In this document: positions 37,301 through 48,321 of the stretch, piece by piece
How positions within the stretch are numbered: the first letter of the stretch is position 1
Layout of the letters: each line of letters starts with the position of its first letter
Source of the DNA: Isurus oxyrinchus
Lineage: Eukaryota
DNA length: 64,000 nucleotides
Reading direction: 5' to 3'
Assembly: GCA_026770705.1 (NCBI GenBank)
Contig: JANJGN010000121.1
Span: forward strand, 310,001 to 374,000
Notes under the pieces: generated by a model
What the model was told of the DNA's origin: nothing
What the model saw: the letters and a program-made list of their open reading frames with translations, nothing else
Database searches by the model: none
Program-made: the position numbers and the translations under genes

Positions 37301-38418
37301 TCAGGTGCTCTCTTGTTCCTGTGTAGCAGGTTCGAGGGGGCTGAATGGCCTCCTCCTGTTCCTATTCAATGGGCAGTCAAAGTATGCATCTGATTTTGGA
37401 CCTCAAACCCAATTCTATCCTCAGGACATTGACAGATGGAGAGACCAGTTACAGATCAATGCAGGAGGATTATTTATTTTCCCAATCTTTTATCCAAGAA
37501 TGTCATCAAACATAGAGCAGAACCAGGATCAAGGATGTTGGTCTCTGTGATCTGAAACACATCGCACAGTCCACCCATCCACTCAGCCTTCAGAATGGAT
37601 GCTAATTGTACTCTCCAAGTGTGAAAGACTAAAATTGAGGTTTATTGCAGCTATATCTCATTCTGTTATCAAAGCTGTCTCATCCATCCATGAACTTCTG
37701 AAGAAGGTAAAGCTGCAACCAATTTTTCACATCATAATTTCCTATGTTCACTGGCAACATCAATGTAAACATGTCACGCTGAAATGATGTCCTCCCACCA
37801 GTGGTGGCACTGTAGCACATCTGTTCTCCTCTGAGCTGCAGAGAATTTCTCAAACCTCCAAACAAATTGTTTCCCTGTTTCCCAGATTGCTGTTAGTTTT
37901 GCTGATAACGATGAAGTGTAAAATCCAAATATATATCTGAAAATACATTTGATTACAAAATGCTGAGTAAATTTTGCCTATCTCCTCTGCTCCAATTATC
38001 CACCGATCCTGCATTTCCTGAAGTCTACACTGGCTGATGAATATTCTGTAAACACTGACTGACAGGAAGGTGAATAACAGAATGAAAATTAACTCATAAT
38101 CATGGACACGGGATTGAATTTGTCCGTTCTGTCCTGGTACATCATCGAACGATATCCAAAGACATTTACAATCAGAATGGAGAGAAGGATGTTTCCAACA
38201 GGGAGGGACAATTCTGAAGGAGGATGTTCGAATTGAAACCCACAGACAATCATCCTGGATAGATCATTCCGAAGAAATTCCATCAGATTGTAACAAGAGG
38301 TTTAAATCTATTTCCTGGGAGTGAGTTCCTGTGGATATTAGGAAGGTAAGTTAGAGTTTTGAATGATTCTCCCGTTCTGTATTCTCCCTACACTGTGTGT
38401 GTCTCATTCTTGCTCAGT

Positions 38419-38535
38419 TTATAAATTCCCATAAACAGAATCCTTGGCAAATTCACAGTTTGCGTAAAGATCATCATCTGTATCAGGATTGACTCCGCGG
38501 TTAGATTTCATTTCCAGATCCTTCTCATCTTTCTT
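38419..38535 (-). CDS. Gene C terminal cytoplasmic exon KKDEKDLEMKSNRGVNPDTDDDLYANCEFAKDSVYGNL* (C-terminal ITIM SVYGNL)
   Basis: tttctgtttctattacag acceptor, phase 0, 39 codons to TAA. The other frames close early. Confidence 0.75.
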   Translation of the reverse strand, partial: KKDEKDLEMKSNRGVNPDTDDDLYANCEFAKDSVYGNL

Positions 38536-38629
38536 CTGTAATAGAAACAGAAATGATCAGAGTGACAATCAGAGTGATCAGTGTTTAGTATTATTGATCC
38601 AAATCGAAAATTCCACCCACAATGGATAC

Positions 38630-39200
38630 ATTAATTATTGATACTGAACAGGGTTTGATTATTGATACTGAACGGGGTTTGATTATTGATTCTGAACGGG
38701 GTTTGATTATTGATTCTGAACGGGATTTGATTATTGATACTGAACGAGGTTTGATTATTGATTCTGAACAGGGTTTGATTATTGATTCTGAACGGGGTTT
38801 GATAATTGATACTGAACGGGGTTTGATTATTGATTCTGAACGGGGTTTGATTATTGATACAGAATGGGGTTTGTTTATTGATACTGATCGGGGTTTGATT
38901 ATTGATACTGAACGGGGTTTGATTATTGATACTGAACGGGGTTTGCTTATTGATATTGAACGGGGTTTGATTATTGATACTGAATGGGGTTTGATTATTG
39001 ATTCTGAACGGGGTTTGATTATTGATACTGAACGGGGTTTGATTATTGATACTGAATGGGGTTTGATTATTGATTCTGAACGGGGTTTGATTATTGATAC
39101 TGAACGGGGTTTGATTATTGATACTGAACGGGGTTTGATTATTGATTCTGAACGGGGTTTGATTATTGATTCTGATCGGGGTTTGATTATTGATTCTGAA
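38630..39200. repeat. 24-nt minisatellite (GATTATTGAT(A/T)CTGAACGGGGTTT) filling the last intron of gene C
   Basis: Direct tandem units. It produces spurious 8-aa-periodic ORFs (IIDSERGL). Confidence 0.95.
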
Positions 39201-39336
39201 CGGTGTTGGGTGTGAGTTTGGTTGGGTTTGGGAGTGACTGTATAAAACATTGCAGATACAGGACTGGAGCAGCCATATCAATAACCAGGCTACTGGAGCA
39301 GCTGAGAGGCTGTGGATCCTGTGGTGTGTGACTCAC

Positions 39337-39441
39337 CTGATTCCTCAAAGCCCAACCACGCTCACAGTTTTCATAAACAGGACCTCGATATTCATCAACA
39401 CGGTGGTTCGATTTGATTCCTGCTTTCCCCTCGCCTCTCTT
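39337..39441 (-). CDS. Gene C cytoplasmic exon KRGEGKAGIKSNHRVDEYRGPVYENCERGWALRNQ
   Basis: 105 nt, ctctattacag acceptor, CAG|gtgagt donor. It is paralogous to the 38419-38535 exon. Confidence 0.65.
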
Positions 39442-39519
39442 CTGTAATAGAGATGGAAATGGACAGAGTGACAATCAACATGATGTGTATTCGGTGTTGG
39501 GTTTGATTATTGGGGAGAG

Positions 39520-39790
39520 AGTTCCAGATTTCCACTCCCCTTTGTGTGAAGAAGTGCTTCCTGACATCACCCCTGAACGGCCTGGCTCCAATCTGAAGTT
39601 CCGGCCCCCTTGTTCTGGACTCCACCCGACCCCCACCACCCACCCCCACCCGAGGGAATAGCTTCTCTCTATCGACCCTATCGAGTGTTTAATCAGTTTG
39701 AACCCCTCAATTAGATCACTCCTTAATCTTCTAGGCCCGAGGGAATATAATCGTAGACTGTGTGTAACCTGTCTGCATAATTTAACCAGA
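39520..39790 (-). mobile_element. CR1 LINE 3' fragment
   Basis: LYSLGPRRLRSDLIEGFKLIK and RKHFFTQRGVEIWNSLP motifs. Confidence 0.75.
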
Positions 39791-40095
39791 AAGATGTTCT
39801 GTACAACAGACTTGAGCCTCACACCCAGATCTCAATAATCAGTAGAAATCTTTCAAAGGCATCAATCATTGGAATCTGACTTTATAAAGTCACAACATCA
39901 ACAAAGGACGGTGTTGGTCATGGAAGTGAATTCCAATCGTTCCGTTACTTACCCAGGACCTGTCCGACTGCTCGCCTGGGGAGGAACTGCCCACACGCTC
40001 TGCTTGGGCTGAATGACCTCTTCCTGTGCTGCTCCCTCTGTGTATTTAATGAGAAAGGGTTGATGTGTCTCTGTGAGACAAAATCAGGAATTGGG
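39791..40095 (-). other. Orphan copy of the 5'UTR exon (39953-40070) inside the gene C TM-cytoplasmic intron
   Basis: Same 118-nt exon with cag/gtaagt. No leader exon follows. The PU.1 core is changed to CAGGAATT. Confidence 0.75.
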
Positions 40096-40739
40096 GAACA
40101 ATTGTGAAAACCCTTTCATTGAAACGTAGGGCCTTAGTGTTGTGTTGTAAACAAACTGTTAACCCTTTGTGTCCTGACTCTGTGGCGTGATTCCTGTGTA
40201 AAGCTGAGCAGTTGGTGAGCGAGTTTCAATTCACTGCTCAGTCCAGGTGTTGAGGTGGATCTTCTGAAGGAGCAGATGTAGCTCAGCGCTCCTTAAAAAT
40301 GTGAGAGACTGAACAACGTGTAAGAGGACGAGAGAGAGAATGAGAAGGAGAGCATTAGTGGAGATAAGAGCGAGTAAATGAGAGAGTGTATGAGAAGAGA
40401 GCATTAGTGGAGGTAAGAGAGAGTGAATGAAACATGGAAAAAGGAAAGAGATTGTATTCACTAACAAAAGAAAGGTTTTCATTTATATAGCGCCTTTCAC
40501 AAACTCAGGAGGTCACAAGGTATCTTATGGTCCGGGTCAACACTGCCTGTTACAGGACTGAGTTGTGAAACAGTGAGTGTTGGATGAGATGTTAAACAGT
40601 AGGTGAACATCAAAACTCTTCAGGGGCTGTGAAGCGTTTTGGATTGTAAAAGGTGCTATAGAAATGCAAGTTCTTTCTATAAGGAGAGAAGGTTGAAGAA
40701 AACATGTTCAAAAACAACCAATTAAACCTTCACACTTAC

Positions 40740-40836
40740 TTTCTCACACACTTGAAGATGAAGAATCCACTCAGTCCAACACTCAAACAGATTCCAGCTC
40801 CAAGCAATCCTGCTTTCCATTCATTGGAATCTCGCC
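40740..40836 (-). CDS. Gene C TM exon RDSNEWKAGLLGAGICLSVGLSGFFIFKCVRK (uncharged TM)
   Basis: 97 nt, tttacag/gtaagt boundaries, phase 1-2, paralog of 61547-61643. Confidence 0.85.
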
Positions 40837-41059
40837 CTGTAAAATCAGCCAATGAATGACTCCGGTACAGTTTGAGAATGGTTCCCTATGTCCATGTCGT
40901 GTTCTGAACTTGTGAAGTGATATTGTCTATGCATGAAAGGTCTATACAAATAACATTTATCTATGTAATATTTATTGATAATATCCATGTACATGCAGGT
41001 TTCTATAAGGAGGATTCACATATAACAGAGGTGCCAAGCTGCTGAGGTGACACACTGGA

Positions 41060-42060
41060 CTACATACACACCAAACAGCGGAAACAACATGCTATAGACA
41101 GAGCAAAGCGATCCCACAACCAACGGGTCAGATCTAAGCTCTGCAGTCCTGCCACATCCAGTCATGAATGGTGATGGACAACTAAAGATCTAACAGGAGG
41201 AGGATGTTCCACAAATATCCCCATCCTTAATGATGGGGGAGCTCAGCACATCAGTGCAAACGACAAGGCTGAAGCATTGGCAACCATGTTCAGCCAGAAG
41301 TGCTGAGTGGATGCTCCATCTTGGCCTCCTCCAGAGGGTCCCAGCATCACAGATGTCAGCTTTCAGACAATTCGATTGACTCCACGTGACATCAGGAATC
41401 AGCTGATGATACTGGATACAGCAAAGACTATTGGCCCTGGCAACAACCCAGCAACTGGAAATAGTGTGGCTACAAATGCGGGTAAGAGGCTGGGAACTCT
41501 GTGGTGAGTAATTCAACTCCTGACTCTCCAAAGCCTGTCCACCGTTGACAAGGCACAAGTCAGGAGTGTGATGGAATAATCTGCAATTGCCTGAATAAGT
41601 GCAGCTCCAACAACACTCAAGAAGCTCGACACCATCCAGGAGCAGCTTGTTTGATCGACAGCCCATCCACCAGCATAAACATTCATACCCTCCACCACTG
41701 GCACACAATGGCAGCAGTGTGCACCATCTACAAGATGCACTGCAGCAACTCACCAAGGCTCCTTCGACAGCACCTTCCAAACTCTTAACCTCTTCCACCA
41801 AGACAGTTCCAAGTCAGTGAGGTGTGTGACTTGGAAGCGAACTTGAGGTGGTGGTCTGCCCTGGGACTTGGAAATATATCGGCCGTTCCTTCACCATCAC
41901 TGGGACAAAATCCTGGAACTCCCTCCCTAACAGCACTGTGGGTGCGCCTACACCACATGGACTGCAGTGGTTAAAGAAGGCAGCTCACCACCACCTTCTC
42001 AAGGGGCAGTTACAGATGGGCAATAATTTCTGGTCTTGTCAACAATGCCCACATCCCATG
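41060..42060 (+). mobile_element. Non-LTR retrotransposon 3' fragment (CR1/L2-group, clade not resolved); same family at 53470-54180(-), 57600-58060 and 60700-61140
   Basis: Shared MEYSPLAWMSAAPTTLKKLDT...WNSLPNSTVG...KAAHHHLLKG coding remnants. Confidence 0.7.
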
Positions 42061-42099
42061 AGCTAATAACACGAGAACGTTCAATTCTGTGTAACTCAT

Positions 42100-42381
42100 G
42101 TTCCACAGTGATGGTTATAAATCCCTCCACTGCTCCATGTTCATTCTCTGCCGCACACTGATAGTCTCCAGTGTCCCTGGATGTAACGTGAGGAATCACC
42201 AACCACAGCTCATTGTTGGAACTTGTTCTGTTCATTGGGACATTAAGATGTCACCACGTCAGGTTAGAAGCTGGGAAGCTTTCGACAGAGCAGATTATCA
42301 CTGCAGCATTTCCCTCAATTATATTGATCGATGAAGCGTTAATCATATCAAGAGAAGTAATTGATGGGTTCCGTGGTGCAT
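42100..42381 (-). pseudogene. Gene C C2 repeat 5: in-frame TGA and dead donor
   Basis: 282 nt. TGG TGA CAT at 42251-42253. Donor reads C|atgagt instead of gtgagt. Confidence 0.85.
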
Positions 42382-43352
42382 CTAAATACAAATAAAGGTT
42401 TCATTGTCAGCAAACACAGTGCACAGCAAGACTCCATGATACATCTCTCTCTATTTGGTGTCTATGTGCATTTCAAGAGTTCTTTCCTGTTTTAAGTTCC
42501 TGTGTCAACTTTTATAATGGTCACTGCCGGTGTTTTTCTTTTTGCACATTCATGGGAAGTGGATGTATCTATCTAGACCAGCATTTATTACCCATCCCTA
42601 ATTGCCCTTGAGGAGGTGGTGGTGAGTTTTTCACACCCATAGAATTCCCAGCCTCTGACCTGCTCCTGTAGCCACAGTATTTATGGCCGGTCCAGTTAGT
42701 AGTTTGGTTAACATCCCCCAGGATGTTGATTGTGGGGGATTCAGTGATAGTAAACTCACTGAACATCAAGGGGAGATGGTTAGATTCTCTCTTGTTGGAC
42801 ATGATCACTGCCTGGTAATTGTGATGCATTAATTGTCTCAGCCCAAGCTGAGTGTTATTCAGCTCTTGCTGCATGTGGATATGTAAACTGTCACGCTGTA
42901 ATTACAGCCATCTACCAGAGGAGACACTGTCGGTCTAGAAGAAAAGAAAATGTCTTTCACATCATCAGGATGTTCACAGGGATTTGACAGTGGAGGAATT
43001 GCTTTAGAATAATGGGGTATTGAGTGATAAACCTACAATTCTCTGTGCAGGGGGCTGCTCGTCCAATACAGGGTCTTGTTCAGCTGATGTCGTCAGTGTT
43101 TCAGAGCAGAATCTGGAGCAACACTCCAGTGCAGCACAGGGAGAACAGACAACACACACATGTCTGTGTGTGTGTGTGAGCAAGCACACGTGTGATTTTG
43201 TATGTATGCTTCTGTGTGTGAGCATGCAGGCGTGCACACCTGTGCACCTGTGGGATTCCACATGAATGCTTGTTTGTGTGCACGTGTGTATGAGTGTGTA
43301 TGAGTGTGTCTGTGTATATGTGAGAGTAATGTTGAAGCTTGTGTTAACTCAC

Positions 43353-43634
43353 GTTCCACAGTGATGGTTATGGACCCCTCTACTGCTCCATGTTCATTCT
43401 CTGCCACACACTGATAGTCTCCAGTGTCCCTGGATGTAACGTGAGGAATCACCAACCACAGCTCATTGTTGGAACTTGTTCTGTTCATTTGGACATTAAG
43501 ATGTCACCACGTCAGGTTAGAAGCTGGGAAGCTCTCGACAGAGCAGATTATCACTGCAGAATTCCCCTCAATTATATTGATCGATGAAGCGTTAATCATA
43601 TCAAGAGAATTAATTGAGAGATTCAATGGTGCAT
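43353..43634 (-). pseudogene. Gene C C2 repeat 4: in-frame TGA with intact splice sites
   Basis: 282 nt. TGA at 43504-43506 replaces Arg (CGA/CGC in the intact copies). Confidence 0.8.
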
Positions 43635-44279
43635 CTAAATATATGGAAAGATTTTAAAGTGAGCAACATAGTGCACAAGACGCCATGCATCATCTCTCTG
43701 TATCTGATGTCCGAATGCATTTCCAGATAACTTCCCTCAGGATAAGGTCTTATGGCACATTTATAATTGACACTGCTTATGTAAACTGTCACACTGCAGT
43801 TGCATTCTCCCACCAGTAGAGGTGTTGCCCATCTAGAATGAAAGAAGTTTGCTTTCACGTCCTCAGGATTTCGCAAAGGGCTTGACAGGCAATGTTTGAT
43901 TGAGGGAGCACTGAGGGGTAAATCTACAATTCTCTGTTCAGGAGGTTGCTCATCCAATTCAGGGTCTTGCTGATCTGGAGTTTACCGTCCTTCAACACAG
44001 AATCGGAGCTGATACCGAGACTCCAGTGCAGCACTGAGAACTCTCGCGTGTGTATGTGTGTGTTTGTGTTACTGCACATGTGAGTGTGTTTGTGTGTGTA
44101 TGCACACATGTAGCTGTGTGTGCGCATGCACGCGTGTCTGTGTGTCTACGTCTGTACATGAGTGAGAGTACGTGTATGTGTGTGTCTATGTGTGGGCATG
44201 AATATGTGTGTGTGTTTGAGATGGGTGTGTATTTTCCTGTGTATGTGTTTGTACGTGTATGACTGTCTGTGTATACTTA

Positions 44280-44469
44280 NNNNNNNNNNNNNNNNNNNNN
44301 NNNNNNNNNNNNNNNNNNNNNNNNNNNNNNNNNNNNNNNNNNNNNNNNNNNNNNNNNNNNNNNNNNNNNNNNNNNNNNNNNNNNNNNNNNNNNNNNNNNN
44401 NNNNNNNNNNNNNNNNNNNNNNNNNNNNNNNNNNNNNNNNNNNNNNNNNNNNNNNNNNNNNNNNNNNNN
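44280..44469. other. N gap; others at 46288-46447, 63303-63572 and 63604-63793
   Basis: Runs of n next to TG/CA repeats or minisatellite. The 63 kb gaps could hide gene D exons. Confidence 0.95.
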
Positions 44470-44477
44470 TAACTCAC

Positions 44478-44759
44478 ATTCCACAGTGATGGTTATGAAC
44501 CCCTCCACTGCTCCATGTTCATTCTCTGCCACACACTGATAGTCTCCAGTGTCCCTGGATGTAACGTGAGGAATCACCAACCACAGCTCATTGTTGGAAC
44601 TTGTTCTGTTCATTGGGACATTAAGATGTCGCCACGTCAGGTTAGAAGCTGGGAAGCTCTCGACAGAGCAGATTATCACTGCAGAATTCCCCTCAATTAT
44701 ATTGATCGATGAAGCGTTAATCATATCTGGAGAAGTAATTGAGAGATTCTGTGGAGCAT
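44478..44759 (-). CDS. Gene C C2 repeat 3 (intact)
   Basis: 282 nt, phase 1-1. DAPQN...CSVESFPASNLTWRH...DTGDYQCVAENEHG. Confidence 0.85.
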
Positions 44760-45507
44760 CTAAAAATAAATAAAGATTTTAATGTGAGCAAGCATAGTGC
44801 ACAGCAAGACTCCATGCATCATCTCTCTGTATCTGATGTTGGAATGCATTTCCAGGTACCTTCCCTCAGGAAAAAGTACTGTCACATTTATAATGGGCAC
44901 TTCCTATGTAAACTGTCACACTGCAGGGGCATTCTCCCACCAGTAGAGTTGCTGTCTATCTAGAATGAAAGAAACATCCTTTAACACTCTCAAGATGCCC
45001 CCAAGGGATTGAAAGCCCGTGAATTGTATTTGATTGATGGAGCACTGAGGGGTAAATCTACAATTCTCTGTTCAGGAAGTTGCTCATCCAATTCAGGGTC
45101 TTGCTGATCTGGAGTTTACCTTCCTTCAACACAGAATCAGAGCTGATACCAAGACTCCAGTGCGGCACTGAGAGAGGAGAGGGATCTCACACTTGTGTGT
45201 GTGTGTGTGTATTTCTGCACAAGTGAGTTTGTATTTGTGTGTATGCGCGTGTCTGTCTGCGCATGTGTGGGCACGCGTGTGTATGTGGGTCTTGTGTGTA
45301 CATCTGTGCTTGAGTGAGTGTGTGTGTATATGTGTGTCTACGTGTGCGCATGAATGATTGTATGTGTGAGTTGAGTTTGTGTGTGTTTCTGTGTATGTGT
45401 TTGAACGTATGTTTGTGTGTAAGCGTGCTTGTTTGTGTCTACACATGAGTGTTTTTGCATGTGTGTGTGTGTTTGTGTGTGTGATGTTGAAGTCTGTGTA
45501 CACTCAC

Positions 45508-45789
45508 ATTCCACAGTGATGGTTATGAACCCTTCCACTGCTCCATGTTCATTCTCTGCCACACACTGATAGTCTCCAGTGTCCCTGGATGTAACGTGAG
45601 GAATCACCAACCACAGCTCATTGTTGGAACTTGTTCTGTTCATTGGGACATTAAGATGGCGCCACGTCAGGTTAGAAGCTGGGAAGCTCTCGACAGAGCA
45701 GATTATCACTGCAGAATTCCCCTCAATTATATTGATCGATGAAGCATTAATCATACCAAGAGAAATAATTGAGACATTCTGTGGAGCAT
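45508..45789 (-). CDS. Gene C C2 repeat 2 (intact)
   Basis: 282 nt, phase 1-1, open frame in ORF 45338-45799. Confidence 0.85.
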
Positions 45790-46455
45790 CTAAAAACATA
45801 TAAAGATTTTAAAGTGAGCAAATATAGTGCACAGCAAGACTCCATGCATCATGTTTCTGTATCTGATGTCTGAATGCATTTCCAGGTACCTTCTCTCAGG
45901 ATAAGAACTTATTTCACATTTACAATGGGCACTGCCTATGTAAACTGTCACACTGCAGTTACATTCTCCCACCAGTGGAGGTGTCCATCTAGAATGCAGG
46001 AAACTCCCTTTCAGATCCTCAGGATGTCCCCAAGGGCTTCAAAGGCAATGAATTGTATTTGACCAATGGCGCACTGAGGGGTAAATCTACAATTCACTGT
46101 TCAGGAGGTTGCTCCAGCCAGTTCAGTGTCTTGATGATCGGGAGTTTACCTTTCATCAACAAAGATTCGGAGCTGATACTGAGACTCCAGTGCAGCCCTG
46201 AGAGAGGAGAGGGAACCCACATGTTTTTGTGTGTGTATGTGTGTGTTGGCTTGTGTGTGTATGTTTCTGTAAAATAAGGATCTGTGTNNNNNNNNNNNNN
46301 NNNNNNNNNNNNNNNNNNNNNNNNNNNNNNNNNNNNNNNNNNNNNNNNNNNNNNNNNNNNNNNNNNNNNNNNNNNNNNNNNNNNNNNNNNNNNNNNNNNN
46401 NNNNNNNNNNNNNNNNNNNNNNNNNNNNNNNNNNNNNNNNNNNNNNNTAACTCAC

Positions 46456-46548
46456 ATTCCACAGTGATGGTTATGAGCCCCTCAATTATATTGATCGATG
46501 AAGCATTAATCATATCAAGCGAAGTAAATGAGAGATTCTGTGGTGCAT
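46456..46548 (-). CDS. Gene C C2 repeat 1 collapsed to a 31-aa mini-exon DAPQNLSFTSLDMINASSINIIEGLITITVE
   Basis: 93 nt with both splice sites. A 189-nt in-frame deletion lies between two GAGGGG copies. It abuts an N gap. Confidence 0.55.
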
Positions 46549-46800
46549 CTAAGAACAATTAAAGATTTCATTGTGAACAAGACTCAGTACTGAGGGAGTG
46601 CTGCACTGTCAGAGGATCAGTACTGAGGGAGTGCTGCAGTGTTGGAGAGTCAGTGTTCAGGGACTGCTGCAGTGTCAGAGGTGAATTTGTATCAGTTAAA
46701 GACTATTGATTTGTTGCTAAACACAATGCAGTTGTGGGATCTTGCAATATACTATGTAGAGCTTTCTAGCTAATGTAGATGGAAGGGTGTCCGTTCTTAC

Positions 46801-47097
46801 CTTGCACAGTTAGTACGAGGGTCCGCTCCGATGAAACAGATGCATATCTCACTCTGCAGCTGAGAGTGTGTCCGTGGTGTTTGAGTGATGGGATCAGGGT
46901 CAGAACAGAAGTATAGGTCAGAGTGACACCATGATGAGTTACAGTGTTTGAGACTGATCCAGGTACGTCAGTGGGAGTGTCCCAGGTTAAGACAGGTGCT
47001 GCTGTTCCATTGCACGTTGTGTTGAAGGTGCAGCTTACATCCACACGCTTTCCTGCAATAATTTCAGCAGGGAATATCGTGGGTTTATCTGTGAAAT
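46801..47097 (-). CDS. Gene C C2-set exon (domain 2)
   Basis: 297 nt, phase 1-1, near-identical to domain 2 of genes A and B. Confidence 0.9.
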
Positions 47098-47955
47098 CTA
47101 ACAGACAGAGAATGGATCCTTTTAGAGAAATATAACGTGAAGCATCAGTTCAAATAGAAATCACAGTCCCACAAGAGAAAGCACTTTTACAAGGATGATA
47201 TCAGAACTGAGAGGTTATAATGATCAGGAAAGATTTTCTTGCTCTTTGGCAGTAGTGTTTCTGTCTCTCAGCTTAATACACGTTCACTCCGAGACATGTG
47301 AATTGAGAACACTGGATGAGAGAAGAGGCTCAGACCAGAGATTGGAGTTAAAAGCAGAATACTGCGGATGCTGGAAATCTGAAACCAAAACAAAAATTGC
47401 TGGAAAGACTCAGCAGGTCTGACAGTATCAGTGGAGAGGAAGACAGAGTTAACGTTTCGAGTCCGTATGACTCTTCATCAGACCAGAGGTTTGAGTTCAC
47501 TGGCTTCTCATTTCCTCAGTGATCTGGGTGATTTATTACATTGTGGTTTGTTGAATCTTGCTGTGCACAAACTGCCTGCTGTGTTTAACATCTGTGACTA
47601 CAATTCAGGAATAATTTCATTGGCGGTGAAGGGATTTGGATCCTCCTGAGGTGGTAAATTGCGCTGCAGAAATGCACATCTTTCTTTTATCGATACGTCA
47701 GACTTTTAAACAGGACAGGAGAGATTGATGGGAGTGGTAACCTGATAATACAGTTAATGCTTTTCATCATTGATATTAAAGTGAGTATTAGAGGTTGCTT
47801 TAGGACTGAACTGGAAGCTATCACCAGGTTATTGAGAATCAGACAGTGTGTTATAATAAGCTGTGTTTTGTGTTAAAATGTAAACGTCACAGTTTGTGTT
47901 ATTTCCCATTGAGTGTTGAATGTGAATTGTTGAGTAATTATAACACAGCACTTAC

Positions 47956-48321
47956 CAGACACGTGAAGCTGGGTTACAGGGTAATAGTTATGGCTCGGAC
48001 CATTGTCAAATTCTATTCTGAAAAAATAAGGTCCTGCATCTTCCCGTCTGATGTTGTTTATAATCAGGGAACAGTCGCCATCTTTCAGGTCTCCAGACAG
48101 CCGGGTCCGATGGTGGAACCGTGGTAACTCGTGACTGTGATCCTTGGAGTGAAAGGCTATAGACGATGTTCTCCATTCCTCATTATTAAACCAGATTCCA
48201 ACTCGTGGTTGGTTTTCCAAATGTGATGGATAACTGTAATGACATGGAATCTGTGCACACGAACTTTCCTGCGCTGTCACCTCTCGTGGAGTGTCACCTT
48301 TCCACTCTTGTGACATTCCAA
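47956..48321 (-). CDS. Gene C V-set sialic-acid-binding-type exon (Arg intact)
   Basis: 366 nt, phase 1-1. CAQIPC, DGDCSL, DAGPYFFRIE (AGA at 48017-48019). Confidence 0.92.

Noticed and set aside
37790-37812. CCACCAGTGGTGGCA-type motifs (also ~5945, 8475, 43810, 45970) as CTCF sites
   Set aside because: They mismatch the CCASYAGRKGGC core at several key positions. A PWM scan or ChIP would be needed.
38591-39281. About 200-aa repetitive ORFs (IIDSERGL, IIKPRSES)
   Set aside because: Translation of a 24-nt minisatellite inside an intron.
42251-43506. In-frame TGA as selenocysteine or programmed readthrough
   Set aside because: The position is Arg (CGA/CGC) in intact copies, no SECIS was recognised, and one copy also has a dead donor. 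CpG decay is simpler.
47956-48321. Assigning a gene symbol (CD22, MAG, SIGLEC1, CD33)
   Set aside because: Family membership is clear, but orthology cannot be resolved without phylogeny and synteny. The features are mixed between subfamilies.
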